This document shows, piece after piece, positions 42,126 to 64,000 of a DNA stretch of 64,000 nucleotides. This DNA is from Paragordius varius (lineage: Eukaryota > Animalia > Nematomorpha). The DNA lies in NCBI GenBank assembly GCA_964247055.1, contig OZ176053.1:2666001-2730000 (forward strand), given 5' to 3'. The notes under the pieces were generated by a model. It did no database searches, was not told where the DNA came from, and saw only the letters and a list, made by a program, of their open reading frames with translations. A program made the position numbers and the translations under genes. How positions within the stretch are numbered: the stretch's first letter is position 1; the number at the start of each line of letters is the position of its first letter.

Positions 42126-43105
42126 ATGCTCATTTTAACAGACGACATATATACTTTTAAAAATTTTAGACAATTTTGTGCTGAAAATGAATATTTTATG
42201 CAACGTTCTTCCGAATTTATCGAAAATACGGAATCATTTGTAAATTTTGATCAAAAATATGTATTATACATTCACCAAAGAGAATTCGCATTTATTAATA
42301 TATATCAAACCAATATCAAATACATTGTATCCGATGAAGCTACTACTTGCCATATAATATTGATAAAATTTGGTGTTTATTTGTTCTTCTGCCACATAGA
42401 TAGTGAAGACAATCTAGAAGTAAATTTGTTTACTACTAAAAATAGGGTTTAATTGAAAAAGTTTTAGACAAAGGTTCTAATCCAGATACCCAATATGACG
42501 TGTGGATATTTGGTGGTTACAATGACGAACAAAAGTGTTCAGAAATAATAACAGATGCATTATTAAAAATTCTATCCGTTAAAAAATATTTTTTTAATAT
42601 AAAATTACTTTGTACAGGTGAAATTAATACCACTTTTGGAAACGATACGGACACCCCCTTACCTATTATCAGAGGAATTGGATATAATGTTAAATCAAAT
42701 GAATTTTTTATCATTAAACATGTATCCGATAAAAATCCCGAGTTCATCGTTAGATCTGCTCGAAATTTCGGAACTGATTCGCAATCTATACAATCGTATT
42801 TGGATGTATCTCCTGACTTAAAAACTAATACTACATCACCTGACATGTCGGAAAGCTGTGATATATTGAATTTCAATTTTACTTTTTCCACTAATCACCC
42901 AATATTTGCACTAAAATTAGACGAATTATCCGATGAAATTTTGTTAAGGAACTTTTCAACATCGCCTCGGGCTGAAAGCCAATATTTTACATCGAGATTG
43001 CGGGATACATTTAAATTAATTCAAACGTCTTATCCAAATGATATTACAGTAAAAAGGAAATATTATTTAGATCCGAATGCAGGGTCATGGATTCAAATGT
43101 CATAA
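42126..43105 (+). CDS. NTAN1: Protein N-terminal asparagine amidohydrolase (N-degron pathway), 2 exons, ~317 aa
   Basis: Exons 42126-42419 and 42446-43105 joined by a 26-nt intron (phase 0). Motifs LYIHQRE, SDEATTCHI (catalytic Cys), CHID, FGGYND, FSTSPRAE match NTAN1. Confidence 0.9.
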
Positions 43106-43686
43106 AAAATATGAGATTTATAATAATAATTTATTCGTATAAATTTATATAGATAAAAGTGGTGTATATTGTTGTAAAGAAACTTTTATTCATTAGTTAT
43201 TTAGGTAGGTAGGGTAATGGTTTGTATTGTTGTGAAGAGAGGCATAAAAAAATATAATAAGTAAAATACATATAAATATGACAATATATTTTCAGAGGAA
43301 TTGGAATTTTGGATCCATGATACAGTTTTTGATTAATGCTTGCCAGAGAACATTTATATAATAAGGAGTAATATGATTAGCTTAAATATATAAAAATATG
43401 TAGAATTTTTCGCTTTCTTCATTGTTTTAGCAAATATATTAGCTCTTTACTATAAATGATATCTGGCAATATATAGTATAAAAAAATAGCAATGTTTTTT
43501 AATCACACTGTATATACATATATGGGTATGGATAGAGGCATAATTGCAAAATATAATACATATACAATTATTTTAAATCGTGATTGATGATGTGAAATCT
43601 ATGGTCCAAGTTTTGTATCAATATGTTTTTAAGGGTAGTTTTAACTGGCGATTTCCAAATAATTAGCAGTATTTGAGAATGTTTAT

Positions 43687-62097
<18,411 letters not shown>

Positions 62098-62179
62098 ATT
62101 CACGCGTTTCGACTACAATCGCCTGAAGAGTGATTGTTCACACATATGGTTAAATTTTAAAGCGCACAAATTCAAAAAA
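62098..62179. promoter_or_regulatory. Candidate bidirectional promoter between AHCYL (ATG 62097, -) and RFC2 (ATG 62180, +)
   Basis: Only 82 nt between divergent start codons; GC-richer than flanks; contains ACGCGT. Confidence 0.55.
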
Positions 62180-64000
62180 ATGATATATTTACCTTGGTAA
62201 AATTTTTAATTTGAAACTGTTGTATAGGATTGAAAAATATCGACCCAATCTTTTAAAAGATATAGTTGGTAATGAAAGAGCTATTGGTCGGTTTCAAGTA
62301 AAATGTCATTTATAACAAAGTATTTTGCTAAAGAAGGAAATATTCCCAATGTTATACTTTCGGTATTTTGTCTTTCTTTATATTTAAGGGACCGCCTGGA
62401 ATAGGTAAAACATCGACTATACAGTGCCTAGCTCATGAAATGCTTGGCGATCAATACAAAGAAGCCATTTTAGAGCTAAATGCGTCAAATGATCGGTAAT
62501 ATATTTAAATTTAATTTACAGTGGTATTGATGTAGTTAGAAATAAAATTAAAATGTTTGCTCAGAAAAAATTATCTTTGCCTCCAGGAAAACACAAAATT
62601 ATTGTATTAGACGAAGCGGATAGGTTTAATTTTTTAGATATAAAAAATTAGTATGACCGAAGGTGCACAACAAGCTTTAAGGCGCACCATGGAAATATTT
62701 TCTGAGACAACTAGATTTGCGTTTGCCTGTAATACCTCCGAAAAAATAATTGGTATTTATTTTTATATAGGGTTTAAAATTCATTTGATATCCAATTCAA
62801 GTTTTTACGTAAAATTATAAAGCAAACATGTTTAACACTTTAAATTAGTTTTCAACCAACATTTTAATAGATGAAAGTTCAACTTTTATAATATTTATTT
62901 CATCTTTTTAGGAAAACACTCTGGTTCTAACCCGGTTTTAGTCTTATTTTTATTTTCTTCTTGTTTTAACTTTTGATCAGGTTTTATTATTTATGTAAAA
63001 ATTGCATTTATTGACCGAGAACATTTTTTTAAATTGTGCAATTATATCACACATATTTTTGTCGCATAATATATTATTTAATATTTTTTATAAAAAATTG
63101 TTTTTTATATATATCTATAATTTGAATTATAATTATAATCTATATTATTCAAAAAGAACCAATACAATCCAGATGTGTGGTCGTACGTTTCACCAAATTA
63201 AGAGATGAACAAATTTTAGCAAAACTCCTTGAAGTTTGCAAAAATGAAGATTTAAGTTACACGGAAGATGGTTTAGAAGCTATCATTTATACAGCACAAG
63301 GCGATTTAAGATTGGTAATATATCTTTAGTCATAACCAATTTTATTTAAAGGGTATAACCGAAAGTTTTAAATAAAAGCATTTTTAAATATCTAACTGTA
63401 GTTAAAATATTTAACTTATTTTAAGACAAAATGTTTTTATTTATAAATACAGTATGCATTTTAATGGTTACTTATTTCACACTATAGTAGGGCAATTCGC
63501 AACACAGGTGTATAAAAAAGAAATGACATAATTGTTTATTCAACATTTTGTTTTTTTTCATGCAGTACTGTGTTGCAAATTACCCTATTAAAGTGTGAAA
63601 CAAGCAACCATTAAAATGTATACTGTATTTGTATAGGCTCTAAATAATTTACAATCCACCTTCTCCGGATTCAATCACGTCAATGCAACCAATGTATTTA
63701 AAGTATGGATTGCATTTTAACATGACATAGATTTTGTTTAAATGTTCTTTACGTTTCCTAAAAATTTCTAATGCAAGATAATCTGTTAATCGATAATTTG
63801 TTCAATTATTTTTACGATACAATTTAAATAACTAATATCTGATGCTTTACTATCAAATCATTTTCCAAAGCCGTATATAGTTATCACAATAATTTTGTAT
63901 AAAAATAATTATAAAAACACTTAAATATATAATAATAATTTTATAACCAAAAGGTATGTGATGAACCTCACCCAATTCAAATAAAAGCAATGTTGGAACA
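62180..64000 (+). CDS. RFC2: Replication factor C subunit 2 (RFC40-type), 3'-truncated by window edge
   Basis: Exons 62180-62196, 62228-62297, 62321-62362, 62389-62495, 62522-62623, 62652-62752, 63157-63314, 63637-63702, 63954-end. Motifs [79 protein letters not shown]. Confidence 0.93.
63450..63625. mobile_element. Foldback MITE (CAGTATGCATT.. TIR, TA TSD) in an RFC2 intron
   Basis: TA|CAGTATGCATTTTAATGGTTACTTATTTCACAC...GTGTGAAACAAGCAACCATTAAAATGTATACTG|TA; related copy at 26521-26710. Confidence 0.75.

Overview
Very AT-rich, intron-rich animal (invertebrate-like) nuclear DNA, not prokaryotic; the species cannot be identified from the sequence. I spliced eight protein-coding genes by hand, checking GT..AG ends and reading phase at every junction: the 3' end of a ZIP7/Catsup-like zinc transporter (+), a trypsin-family protease (+, 7 exons), the DEAH splicing helicase DHX16/Prp2 (-, 21 exons), a secreted Gly/Leu/Gln-rich low-complexity protein (+), a secreted C-type lectin-domain protein (+), NTAN1 (+), an AHCYL/IRBIT gene (-, 17 exons, with alternative first exons) and the 5' part of RFC2 (+), head-to-head with AHCYL. 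Non-coding DNA is full of non-autonomous elements: Tc1/mariner-like, piggyBac-like and hAT-like MITEs, foldback elements, two copies of a composite Helitron (one carrying a LINE RT fragment and itself inserted in a MITE) and a tRNA-derived SINE. The most striking signal is a class of ultra-short spliceosomal introns (11 of 22-28 nt, mode 26, plus 31 and 41 nt). They sit near gene 5' ends, avoid stop-free 3n lengths and coexist with TE-expanded introns of 0.08-10 kb. Also notable is an AHCYL exon flanked by tandem arrays built from its own splice junctions. All gene models are inferred without RNA data, and repeat boundaries are approximate unless stated.
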